This document shows, one piece after another, positions 46,131-55,323 of a stretch of DNA of 64,000 nucleotides. The position numbers and the translations under genes are program-made. Source of the DNA: Acutalibacteraceae bacterium (lineage in GTDB: Bacteria > Bacillota > Clostridia > Oscillospirales > Acutalibacteraceae); assembly GCA_045542715.1 (NCBI GenBank), contig JAZQLN010000013.1, positions 54,363 through 118,362 on the forward strand, in the 5' to 3' direction. A model generated the notes under the pieces. It ran no database searches. It was not told where the DNA came from and was given only the letters and a program-made list of their open reading frames with translations. The number at the start of each line of letters is the position of its first letter. The first letter of the stretch is position 1.

Positions 46131-47486
46131 ATGAATATCATTATTGTAGGTCTTGGCAAGCTGGGCATAACATTAACAAAGCAGCTTAACTCCGAAGGTC
46201 ACAATATTACGGTTGTTGACATCAACAGCGATAAAATCTCAAATGTTGTGGACACCTATGACGTTATGGGTGTCTGCGGAAACGGCACAACCTGCGAAAC
46301 TCTCGAAAATGCAGGTGCTTCAAAAGCAAAACTGATTATTGCGGCAACAGCTTCGGATGAAGTTAACATTCTCTGCTGCCTTATCGCAAACAGAATGGGA
46401 ACAGAAAACACAATTGCCCGTGTGCGTAACCCCGACTATGCGGCACAGATGCAGTTCATGCGTAACGAACTCGGTCTGAGCATGCTTGTTAATCCCGAAT
46501 ACGAAACCGCAAACGAAATTTCAAGAATTATCCGTTTCCCGTCTGCAGCCAATCTTGAATCGTTTTCAAGAGGCAAGGTTGAAATTGCGAGCATCAGAAT
46601 TCATTCGGACAATATGTTCTGCGATATGCCGCTTTATGAAATCAGAAAAAAATGCAAGGCAAAGGTTCTTGTATGTGCCGTTCAGCGTGATGACAATGTT
46701 TATATCCCTTCAGGTGATTTCGTTATAAAGTGCGATGATGTAATAAGCATAACAGGAACCCGTTCCGAGCTTTCCACTTTCATGAAGCAAACGGGTGTTT
46801 TCAAGCAAAGAATAAAAAAGGTTATGATTATCGGCGGCGGAAGAATCGGCTATTATCTTGCGAAGCTTCTTTCCGACACAGGCAGAAACATCAAGCTTGT
46901 GGAGCAAAACGAAAGCCGCTGCTATTATCTTGCCGATGCCCTCCCGGATGTTACTGTTATCCACGGCGACGGAACAGATCAGGATATTCTTGATGAACAG
47001 GGTCTTGAATATCAGGATTCTCTTGTTTCTCTTACAGGCATTGATGAAGAAAACATCATCGTTTCAATGTACGCCGAATCAAAAGGAATCAACAAGGTTA
47101 TTACCAAGGTTAACCGCCATTCATATTCAATTCTCAACGATATCGGTCTTGATACAATCGTATCTCCTCAGATTGTTGCAGGTAATCTTGTCACCCGTTA
47201 TGTGCGTGCACTTCAGAATTCCGCAGGGAACTCACAGATACAGACTCTCCATAAGCTTGTTAACGGCAAGGTTGAAGCGGTTGAATTCATCGTTCCCGAA
47301 GATGCGGGATATCTTGACATTCCGTTCAAAGACCTTCGGCTTCTGCCCAACCTGCTTATCGGATGCATCAACCGCAACGGAAAAATCATTTTCCCCGACG
47401 GTTTAGATGTTCTCAAAGCCAACGACAGCATAATCGTTGTCACCGCAGGAAGAATTCTTGAGGATATTCATGACATTTTTGTCTGA
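46131..47486 (+). CDS. trkA: Trk potassium transporter regulatory subunit
   Basis: Two RCK_N (GLGKLG, GGGRIG) plus RCK_C domains. Confidence 0.92.
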   Translation: MNIIIVGLGKLGITLTKQLNSEGHNITVVDINSDKISNVVDTYDVMGVCGNGTTCETLENAGASKAKLIIAATASDEVNILCCLIANRMGTENTIARVRNPDYAAQMQFMRNELGLSMLVNPEYETANEISRIIRFPSAANLESFSRGKVEIASIRIHSDNMFCDMPLYEIRKKCKAKVLVCAVQRDDNVYIPSGDFVIKCDDVISITGTRSELSTFMKQTGVFKQRIKKVMIIGGGRIGYYLAKLLSDTGRNIKLVEQNESRCYYLADALPDVTVIHGDGTDQDILDEQGLEYQDSLVSLTGIDEENIIVSMYAESKGINKVITKVNRHSYSILNDIGLDTIVSPQIVAGNLVTRYVRALQNSAGNSQIQTLHKLVNGKVEAVEFIVPEDAGYLDIPFKDLRLLPNLLIGCINRNGKIIFPDGLDVLKANDSIIVVTAGRILEDIHDIFV

Positions 47487-47504
47487 TTTTGCGGAGGCTG
47501 ATTT

Positions 47505-48953
47505 ATGAATTACGCAATGATTTTTAACAACATAGGCAAAATCCTTCTCGTTGAAGCAGTTTTGCTTGTGTTTCCCGCAATCGGTGCAGTTATATACGGA
47601 GACGACACTCTCTTCTCCTTTTCTCTTACAATTGCCGCACTTGCCGTAACAGGCTTGCTTTGCTTGAGAAAAAAAGCAAAAAAATCAGCGATTTACGCCA
47701 AAGAAGGCTATGCACTAGTTGCACTTTCATGGATTCTCATGTCACTTTTCGGTGCACTCCCCTTCTATATCAGCGGATATATCCCGAACTTTATTGATGC
47801 GTTTTTCGAAACCGTTTCGGGATTCACAACAACAGGCTCAACCATTCTTTCCAATGTTGAAGCATTGCCAAAAAGTCTGCTTTTCTGGAGAAGCTTCACT
47901 CACTGGATTGGCGGCATGGGTATTCTTGTTTTCATTATTGCGGTTATGCCGAAAACGGAAAACAGTTCCATGCACGTTATGCGTGCGGAAGTCCCGGGGC
48001 CTACGGTAGGCAAGCTTGTTTCAAAGCTTCGTGCATCCGCAAGAATTCTTTACGGAATTTACTGCGTACTCACTCTGGCTGAAATAATAATGCTTTTTGC
48101 AGGCGGTATGCCGCTTTTTGACTGCATAGTCAATTCATTTGCAACGGCAGGTACAGGCGGATTCGGTATACTGAGCAACAGCATAGAAAGCTACAACAGT
48201 CTTTATGCTGAAATGGTTATAGCAGTATTCATGCTGATTTTCGGTGTTAATTTTAATCTTTACTACATGATTATTATCAAGCAGGGCAGACAGGCACTCA
48301 AAAGTGAAGAACTGCGCTGGTATCTCGGCATCGTTACCTGCTCGGTTATTATAATTGCTTTAAGCCTCATCAATACAAAGCATGACATAGGTGAAGCCTT
48401 CCGATATTCTTTCTTCCAGGTTGCTTCAATCATGACAACCACCGGCTTTTCCACCACGAATTTTGACACATGGCCTGTTATCGCAAAATGTGTTCTTGTT
48501 TTTCTTATGGTAATCGGTGCGTGTGCAGGTTCAACCGGCGGCGGAATCAAGGTTTCCCGTCTTATGATTCTTATAAAAAGCAGTCTGCGTGACATAAGAA
48601 AAGCAATCAATCCCAGAAGCATTGAAACCGTCAAGATTGACAGACATTCCGTTGAAGAACCCGTTGTTAAAAGTGCTTCTGTTTTCTTTGCAACATTCAT
48701 GCTTATAACTGCTCTTTCGGTTATGGTTGTCGCCATAGACGGCAGAGATATCGTAACAACCGTCACATCCGTTATCGCCTGCATAGGCAACATCGGACCG
48801 GGTCTCGGCGCTGTCGGACCTTACGGCAACTTTGCGGATTTCTCAACCCTGAGTAAGCTTGTTTTAAGCTTCGATATGCTTGCAGGCAGGCTTGAGCTTA
48901 TCCCCATGCTGATGATATTCTCACCGTATGCATGGTCGAGAAAGCACTCATAA
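47505..48953 (+). CDS. trkH: Trk potassium uptake membrane protein
   Basis: FETVSGFTTTG, TAGTGGF, TTTGF, GNIGPG, GRLEL. Confidence 0.93.
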   Translation: MNYAMIFNNIGKILLVEAVLLVFPAIGAVIYGDDTLFSFSLTIAALAVTGLLCLRKKAKKSAIYAKEGYALVALSWILMSLFGALPFYISGYIPNFIDAFFETVSGFTTTGSTILSNVEALPKSLLFWRSFTHWIGGMGILVFIIAVMPKTENSSMHVMRAEVPGPTVGKLVSKLRASARILYGIYCVLTLAEIIMLFAGGMPLFDCIVNSFATAGTGGFGILSNSIESYNSLYAEMVIAVFMLIFGVNFNLYYMIIIKQGRQALKSEELRWYLGIVTCSVIIIALSLINTKHDIGEAFRYSFFQVASIMTTTGFSTTNFDTWPVIAKCVLVFLMVIGACAGSTGGGIKVSRLMILIKSSLRDIRKAINPRSIETVKIDRHSVEEPVVKSASVFFATFMLITALSVMVVAIDGRDIVTTVTSVIACIGNIGPGLGAVGPYGNFADFSTLSKLVLSFDMLAGRLELIPMLMIFSPYAWSRKHS

Positions 48954-48975
48954 AAAGTTATCTCATATAAAAAAG

Positions 48976-49013
48976 AATTGGCTTGAACGGGAATTAACCT
49001 GTCCAAGCCAATT
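48976..49013. terminator. Bidirectional terminator between trkH and the HAD gene
   Basis: AATTGGCTTG...CAAGCCAATT long stem. Confidence 0.7.
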
Positions 49014-49051
49014 TTGATTTTGCGTCATGTCTCTGTGCATCACTTTGGATT

Positions 49052-49618
49052 TTATTTAATTTTAATCAGTTTATCACCCTTGACAAGATATGCATTCTTG
49101 GCAAGCTCTATAAGAGGCTTGTCATTGAGTGAATCCGTATAGAAATTATCGATTTCGGCATCGGGAAATTTCTCTTTGAATACCTTGACCTTGTTTTCAC
49201 GGTAGCAGAAATTGACAAGCTTCATATTTTCACGGTCGGTTTCGCTGCCCACATAGTTTTTGATGTTGAGTCTTTTGCAGATTTCCTCAAGCACAACATC
49301 CACGCACGCTGAGATAATTATATCATCATCTCTTCTCTGCCTGAGATAAAAAGGCTTGATTTTACAGCTGTTCTTATCCCAGAATTTCTGAACATTCTCC
49401 TCAATGTTATCAAGCTTTGCGGCATAGCTTTCAATAACACCTGCGTAGTTATCAAGTGCATCCTGCAAAGTCATTTTTGTTGCCTTGTATTTGGTTATGC
49501 AGCTTATTGCCCACGGAAGTGCCGCTATGAGCTTGGGGTCTTTCTTCAGGAAATACCAGAAAAGGTCAACACCCGATTCTCCTCTGTAAATTGTGTTATC
49601 AAAATCATAAACGTTCAT
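49052..49618 (-). CDS. HAD superfamily IB hydrolase
   Basis: YDFDNTI, ISA, K, FYTDSLND.P. Start at ATG 49618 after GAAGG. Confidence 0.85.
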   Translation of the reverse strand: MNVYDFDNTIYRGESGVDLFWYFLKKDPKLIAALPWAISCITKYKATKMTLQDALDNYAGVIESYAAKLDNIEENVQKFWDKNSCKIKPFYLRQRRDDDIIISACVDVVLEEICKRLNIKNYVGSETDRENMKLVNFCYRENKVKVFKEKFPDAEIDNFYTDSLNDKPLIELAKNAYLVKGDKLIKIK

Positions 49619-49820
49619 TTTCTTACCTTCTTTTGTATCTTTTATCTCTGATTGAATTATATCACCGTCAGAAAGCTGCATTTTTCTTATTCAGAATAAA
49701 TTTCTTAGGGTTTTATTAAGATTACCATAATATTTTTTAAAATCATACATTCAGCATTGATTTGATACATTGAATTTTGTGCTTTGCGGTGATATAATAT
49801 CGGCGACGGGAGAGATAAAA

Positions 49821-51185
49821 ATGAAAATCAGGAACAAAACTCCGGACAGCGGATTTTACAAAACATTTTTTATAATGACAATAACCATGGCACTCCAGAA
49901 TCTTATAGTTTTCGGTGTTAACCTTGCAGACTCGGTTATGATGGGTGCATACAACGAAACGGCACTCAGCGGCGTCGGCATCTGCAATAATATTCAGTTT
50001 TTCCTCAACATGGCGGCATCGGGCGTTGCGTCGGGAGTGACGGTTATTGCATCGCAGTATTGGGGCAAAAAAGAAATCAGACCCATCCACCGTGTTTCTG
50101 CGGTAGGAATGTGGATTGGCATTATCATAACTATGCTGATTTTTGCCTTTGCAGCAATCGCACCCGAAGCTCTCATCAGACTTTTCACCGACAAGGAAAG
50201 CGTTATTGAGCAGGCTGTGCTTTATCTTGATATTATTAAATATACATATTTAATGTTTACCGTTACAACAATCCTCCTTGCAATTCTCAGAAGCGTTGAA
50301 ACGGTTAAAATCGGATTCTATGTTTCTCTTTCCTCTTTTGCGGTTAACATTTTCCTCAATTGGGTGCTGATTTACGGTAAATTCGGTGCACCTGAAATGG
50401 GTATCAGAGGTGCGGCGGCGGCAACACTCGTTTCAAGAGCGATTGAGCTTATCGTCACCGTTGTTTATGTTTTATCCGCAGATAAGAAGCTGAAATTCAG
50501 ACTTCGTGACCTTTTTGTGACGGATAAAGAAATGGTCATTGATTATTTCAAAACAGGGTCGCCCCTTATGATGAGCAGTATCTCATGGGGCATTGCGATG
50601 AGCATTCAGGGTGCAATCATCGGCAGACTCGTTGAAAGTGCCATTGCCGCCAACAGCATTGCAACAACCCTTTTTCAGGTTGCAACGGTTGTGTGTTATG
50701 CATCAAGCAATGTTGCATGTGTGCTTATAGGAAAAACCATAGGCGAAAAGAAACCCATGGATATAATTAAAAGCAGGAGCAAAAACCTTCAGCTCATTTT
50801 CCTTGCAATCGGTGTTGCATCGAGTGCAGTTCTCCTGCTTTTCAAAAATCTTATTCTTGATTTTTACAACGCAAGTGCAGAAACAGTTGAATACACAAAT
50901 CAGTTTATATGGGTGCTTTGCGTGACCATTATCGGCACCGCATATGAAGCACCTGCCCTTTGCGGAATTGTTTCAGGCGGCGGTGAAACATCATTCGTGC
51001 TCAAAAATGATATTATTTTCATGTGGGGAATTGTTCTCCCACTCAGTGCCCTCAGTGCATTCGTTTTCAAATTCCCCGTTGTTGTTACCTTTGCCTGCCT
51101 TAAAGCAGACCAGGTGCTCAAATGTGCCGTTGCATATTTCAAGGTCAACAGCTTCAACTGGGTCAAATCGGTTACAAGAGAATAA
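49821..51185 (+). CDS. MATE family efflux transporter
   Basis: D..MMG, ASQYWG, GAAAAT.VSR, two-fold 12-TM repeat. Confidence 0.9.
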   Translation: MKIRNKTPDSGFYKTFFIMTITMALQNLIVFGVNLADSVMMGAYNETALSGVGICNNIQFFLNMAASGVASGVTVIASQYWGKKEIRPIHRVSAVGMWIGIIITMLIFAFAAIAPEALIRLFTDKESVIEQAVLYLDIIKYTYLMFTVTTILLAILRSVETVKIGFYVSLSSFAVNIFLNWVLIYGKFGAPEMGIRGAAAATLVSRAIELIVTVVYVLSADKKLKFRLRDLFVTDKEMVIDYFKTGSPLMMSSISWGIAMSIQGAIIGRLVESAIAANSIATTLFQVATVVCYASSNVACVLIGKTIGEKKPMDIIKSRSKNLQLIFLAIGVASSAVLLLFKNLILDFYNASAETVEYTNQFIWVLCVTIIGTAYEAPALCGIVSGGGETSFVLKNDIIFMWGIVLPLSALSAFVFKFPVVVTFACLKADQVLKCAVAYFKVNSFNWVKSVTRE

Positions 51186-51190
51186 AAATT

Positions 51191-51215
51191 CTCCCTCTGT
51201 CGGTGACAGAGGGAG
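51191..51215. terminator. Bidirectional terminator between MATE and the ACT gene
   Basis: CTCCCTCTGTC-ggt-GACAGAGGGAG with A and T flanks. Confidence 0.88.
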
Positions 51216-51221
51216 TTTTTT

Positions 51222-51644
51222 TCAGAACAAATCTTCCTGATTGGCTGTTTTTATTCCTGCACCTGCAAGCGCCGCAGATGCAATCAGATTATCGTCAACG
51301 CGGAAAATCATATATGCACCTGCCTTCGATGAGTTGAATGCATAAGTATATTCTACAACAACATTTGCCTCCGAAAGCACTTCAAGAATTGTTGCAAGGC
51401 TGCCGGGAGTATCCAAAATTGCAGCGGCAAGAACATCCGTTACGGTTGTGATATATCCGCCGTCTATGAGTGCCGCATTTGCCATTTTGGGGTCATCGCA
51501 GATTATGCGGAGAATTCCGAAATCCTGCGTATCTGCAATTGAAAGAGCTTTGAGGTTGATATTGTGGTCTGCAATATATCTGGTAGCTTCCGCAAGCTTA
51601 CCTTTTTTGTTTTCAATAAAAACAGAAATCTGTTTAACGCTCAT
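51222..51644 (-). CDS. Tandem ACT-domain protein
   Basis: QISVFIENKKGKLA, NLKALSIADT.DFGILR, DTPG.LA, VEYTYAF. Confidence 0.88.
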   Translation of the reverse strand: MSVKQISVFIENKKGKLAEATRYIADHNINLKALSIADTQDFGILRIICDDPKMANAALIDGGYITTVTDVLAAAILDTPGSLATILEVLSEANVVVEYTYAFNSSKAGAYMIFRVDDNLIASAALAGAGIKTANQEDLF

Positions 51645-51663
51645 TTCTCTGACTCCTCTCTTG

Positions 51664-52971
51664 TTAATCGTGAAGCTTTCTTCTGTCGATAACTCTTACT
51701 GCCTTACCTTCACTTCTTGTAATGGTTTTGGGTGCAACAAGATGAACCTTGGGATTGATGCCGAGCATAACCTTCATTGCGTTTGCAAGTGATTTTTCCT
51801 TGCGTGCAAGGTCTTTGACGGTATCCGAGAAGCTGTCGGGAGTAAGCTCAACCGAAATATCGAGAGTATCGGTGTTGTTTTCTCTGTCAACCTCAATGAG
51901 ATAGTTTGAAGTATATCCTTCTTTGAGAAGAACGGTTTCAATCTGCGAGGGGAATACGTTGACACCGCGGATAATCATCATATCGTCGCTTCTGCCCATG
52001 GGCTTTGTCATCTTGATGAGTGTTCGTCCGCATGAACATTTTTCTCTTGAAAGAATACAGATATCTCTTGTTCTGTAACGAAGAAGAGGGAATGCTTTCT
52101 TATCAAGGCTTGTGAAAACAAGCTCTCCCTTTGAGCCTTCGGGAAGAACCTCGCCCGTTTCGGGGTCGATGATTTCGGCAAGGAAGTGGTCTTCGTTGAT
52201 ATGCATACCCTTCTGTGCTTCACATTCAAAAGCAACGCCGGGTCCGCTTGTTTCGGTAAGACCGTAGATGTCATAAGCCTTTATGCCGAGCGATTTTTCA
52301 ATATCACGGCGCATCTCTTCTGTCCAGGGTTCAGCGCCGAAAATGCCTGCCTTAAGGTCAAGGTCATCGGCAGTGAGACCCATTTCCTTGAGAGTTTCGC
52401 CGATATATGCCGCATACGAAGGTGTGCAGCAGATAATTGTTGAATGAAGATCCTGCATAAACTGAATCTGACGCTCTGTGTTACCCGATGACATGGGGAG
52501 AGTCAGACAGCCTACCTTGTGCGAACCGCCGTTGAGACCCGATCCGCCCGTGAAAAGACCGTAACCGTATGCTACCTGACAGACATCCTCGTCTGAACCG
52601 CCTGCGGCAACGATTGCTCTTGCACAGCAGTCCTCCCAGAGGTCAACGTCCGGCTGGGTATAGAATGCAACAACTCTTTTACCTGTTGTTCCGCTTGTGG
52701 AATGAATTCTGACACAGTCTTTGAGGTCTGCGCCGAGGAGACCGTAGGGATAAGCATCACGAAGGTCTGTCTTGGTGAGGAAAGGAAGCTTGTGAAGGTC
52801 GTCGATTGACTTGATATCGTCGGGGGTTACGCCCTTCTCGTTCATAAGATTGCGGTAATACTCAACGTTTTCATAAACGTGCTTTACCTGCTTTACGAGT
52901 TTTTCGTTCTGTATTTTTCTGAGTTCTTCAACCGATGCGGTTTCAATCTCAGGCTGGAAATATCTGCTCAT
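51664..52971 (-). CDS. paaK: Phenylacetate--CoA ligase
   Basis: HSTSGTTG, YGLFTGG, YGLTE, RYRTRD, GRSDDM.IIRGVNVFPSQIE. Confidence 0.9.
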   Translation of the reverse strand: MSRYFQPEIETASVEELRKIQNEKLVKQVKHVYENVEYYRNLMNEKGVTPDDIKSIDDLHKLPFLTKTDLRDAYPYGLLGADLKDCVRIHSTSGTTGKRVVAFYTQPDVDLWEDCCARAIVAAGGSDEDVCQVAYGYGLFTGGSGLNGGSHKVGCLTLPMSSGNTERQIQFMQDLHSTIICCTPSYAAYIGETLKEMGLTADDLDLKAGIFGAEPWTEEMRRDIEKSLGIKAYDIYGLTETSGPGVAFECEAQKGMHINEDHFLAEIIDPETGEVLPEGSKGELVFTSLDKKAFPLLRYRTRDICILSREKCSCGRTLIKMTKPMGRSDDMMIIRGVNVFPSQIETVLLKEGYTSNYLIEVDRENNTDTLDISVELTPDSFSDTVKDLARKEKSLANAMKVMLGINPKVHLVAPKTITRSEGKAVRVIDRRKLHD

Positions 52972-52986
52972 TGTTCCACACTTCCT

Positions 52987-53559
52987 TTATATGCTGTAGC
53001 CCATTTCAAAAGCTTTGAGGTTGAGCTCAAGGAACTTGGGAGGAACGCTCTCTTTAAGTGCCTTAATCCATGTTTCTTTTTCAACAAAAGCCATGCTCTT
53101 TGCCATTGCACCGATAAGCACAACGTTAACCGCTTTAGCTGTACCTGCTTCAACCGCCATGGGAAGGGCGTCAAGCTCAGCAACATCGGCACCCGATGCC
53201 TTAAGAGCTTCAATAACTCCTTCGGGATATTCAGCAGCACCCATAACAACGGGCATGGGGTCCATCTTCTGAGTATTAACGATTATTTTCCCGTCGGGTT
53301 TAAGGTATTCAAGCCATCTTGCCGCTTCAAGCTGTTCGAATGCAAGAATAATATCTGCCTCACCTTTTTCAATGATGGGAGATGCAACGCTTTCGCCGAA
53401 TCTTACATATGTAACAACCGAACCGCCTCTCTGGCTCATGCCGTGAACCTCGGAAACCTTAACATCGTAGCCGCAGTCGAGAAGTGCTGAACCGAGAATA
53501 CGGCTTGCAAGCAATGTTCCCTGACCGCCGACACCGACAATCATAATTGACTTATTCAT
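52987..53559 (-). CDS. iorB: Indolepyruvate:ferredoxin oxidoreductase beta subunit
   Basis: GVGGQG, EVHGMSQRGGSV. Confidence 0.93.
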   Translation of the reverse strand: MNKSIMIVGVGGQGTLLASRILGSALLDCGYDVKVSEVHGMSQRGGSVVTYVRFGESVASPIIEKGEADIILAFEQLEAARWLEYLKPDGKIIVNTQKMDPMPVVMGAAEYPEGVIEALKASGADVAELDALPMAVEAGTAKAVNVVLIGAMAKSMAFVEKETWIKALKESVPPKFLELNLKAFEMGYSI

Positions 53560-53576
53560 TATTATATCCTCCCCTC

Positions 53577-55307
53577 TTATTCAATAGCACCGAACTTGCA
53601 AAGCTGACTGCATACGTTGCAGCCGAGACACTGTGTGAAATCGATTTCCGCCTTGCCGTTCTTCATGCTGATGGCAGGGCAGCCGATCTTCATGCACATT
53701 TTGCAGGATTTGCACTTGTCTTTGTTAACCTTAAGGGGCGGATTGTGCTTGACTGTTTTAAGCAGTGCACAAGGACGTCTTGAAATAACAACAGCGGGGC
53801 CGTCTGCTTCAAGAGCCTGCTTGATTCCTTCTTTTGTTTCTGCAAGATTATAGGGGTCAACAACGATAACATTCTGAATTCCCACTGCTTTCGCAAGAGC
53901 CTCAAGGCTTACCGCATTTGCAGGCTCTCCCTTGATGTTCTTACCTGTTGTGGGATTCTGCTGATGGCCCGTCATGCCTGTGATTGAGTTATCAAGAATA
54001 ATAACAACGGAATCGGTTGCATTATAAGCAATGTTGATAAGACCTGTTACACCCGAATGGATGAAGGTTGAGTCACCGATAACGGCAACGCTCTTTTTGG
54101 CATTTGCAGGGTCAGCGGCGTTTCTGCCGTGAAGAGCCGAAACGGATGCACCCATGCAGAGAACGGTATCGATCATGCCGAGGGGCTGCGAGAAGCCGAG
54201 AGTGTAACAGCCGATATCGCCGCTTACTGTAACATTAAGCTGCTTGAGGGCATAGAAAAGACCTCTGTGGGGACAGCCTGCGCAAAGCACGGGAGGTCTG
54301 GGCACGATGTTGACATCAGCCTTGAGGCTTTCTGTTTCCTTGCCGAGAATAACCTTTGCAATAAGGCTCTGCGAATATTCACCCTGAAGAGTGAATGCTT
54401 CCTTGCCGATAACTTCAATACCGTTTTTACGGCAATGAGTTTCAAGATAATCGTCAAGCTCTTCAAGAACATAAACCGTCTCGCATTCTGCGGCAAAGTT
54501 CTTTATAAGGTCAACGGGAAGAGGATATACACAGCCGAGCTTGAGGTAGGATGCATTCTCTCCGAGTGCTTCCTTTGCATACTGATAGCAGATACCCGAT
54601 GTGATAACACCGATTTTCTTGCTGTTGTATTCAACCTTGTTCAGTCCGTTATCAACTGCTTCCTTTTCGCAGTAAGCAACCTGGTCAAGAATACGCTGTT
54701 CAACAACAACGTGCTTTACCTTTGCATTTGCGGGAACCATAACGTACTTCTGAGGATTTTTTGTATATTCCTTAAGACCGTTGTCAACTCTGTCTGCAAG
54801 AGGGGCAACGCTTCTTGAGTGAGCGACCCTCGTTGTGAGACGGATAATAACGGGAGTATCGAATTTTTCGGAAAGTTCGAATGCTCTCTTTGTATAGTCA
54901 AGGCATTCCGCAGAATCCGAAGGCTCAAGCATCATTGTTTTTGAACCCATTGCATAGTGTCTTGAATCCTGCTCGTTCTGTGAAGAATGCATTCCGGGGT
55001 CATCGGCAACAAGGATAACCATGCCTGCGTTGACACCTGTATATGATGCGGTAAAAAGAGGGTCGGCTGCAACGTTAAGACCGACGTGCTTCATCGCACA
55101 GAAGGAACGTGCACCTGCAACGCTTGCACCGAAAGCAACTTCGCAGGCTACCTTTTCATTGGGTGCCCACTCTGAGAATATTTCATCATATGTGGCAGCA
55201 AACTCGGTAACCTCAGTGCTGGGAGTGCCGGGATAGCTGGATACTACTCGGCAGCCTGCCTCATAAAGACCTCTGGCTACCGCTTCATTACCTAAAAGAA
55301 GTTTCAT
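53577..55307 (-). CDS. iorA: Indolepyruvate:ferredoxin oxidoreductase alpha subunit
   Basis: YPGTPSTE, KHVGLNVA.D, CAGCPHR, GDIGCYTL, GDSTF.H, C-terminal 2x[4Fe-4S] motifs. Confidence 0.94.
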   Translation of the reverse strand: MKLLLGNEAVARGLYEAGCRVVSSYPGTPSTEVTEFAATYDEIFSEWAPNEKVACEVAFGASVAGARSFCAMKHVGLNVAADPLFTASYTGVNAGMVILVADDPGMHSSQNEQDSRHYAMGSKTMMLEPSDSAECLDYTKRAFELSEKFDTPVIIRLTTRVAHSRSVAPLADRVDNGLKEYTKNPQKYVMVPANAKVKHVVVEQRILDQVAYCEKEAVDNGLNKVEYNSKKIGVITSGICYQYAKEALGENASYLKLGCVYPLPVDLIKNFAAECETVYVLEELDDYLETHCRKNGIEVIGKEAFTLQGEYSQSLIAKVILGKETESLKADVNIVPRPPVLCAGCPHRGLFYALKQLNVTVSGDIGCYTLGFSQPLGMIDTVLCMGASVSALHGRNAADPANAKKSVAVIGDSTFIHSGVTGLINIAYNATDSVVIILDNSITGMTGHQQNPTTGKNIKGEPANAVSLEALAKAVGIQNVIVVDPYNLAETKEGIKQALEADGPAVVISRRPCALLKTVKHNPPLKVNKDKCKSCKMCMKIGCPAISMKNGKAEIDFTQCLGCNVCSQLCKFGAIE

Positions 55308-55323
55308 TTTTTCTTCCTCCTTC

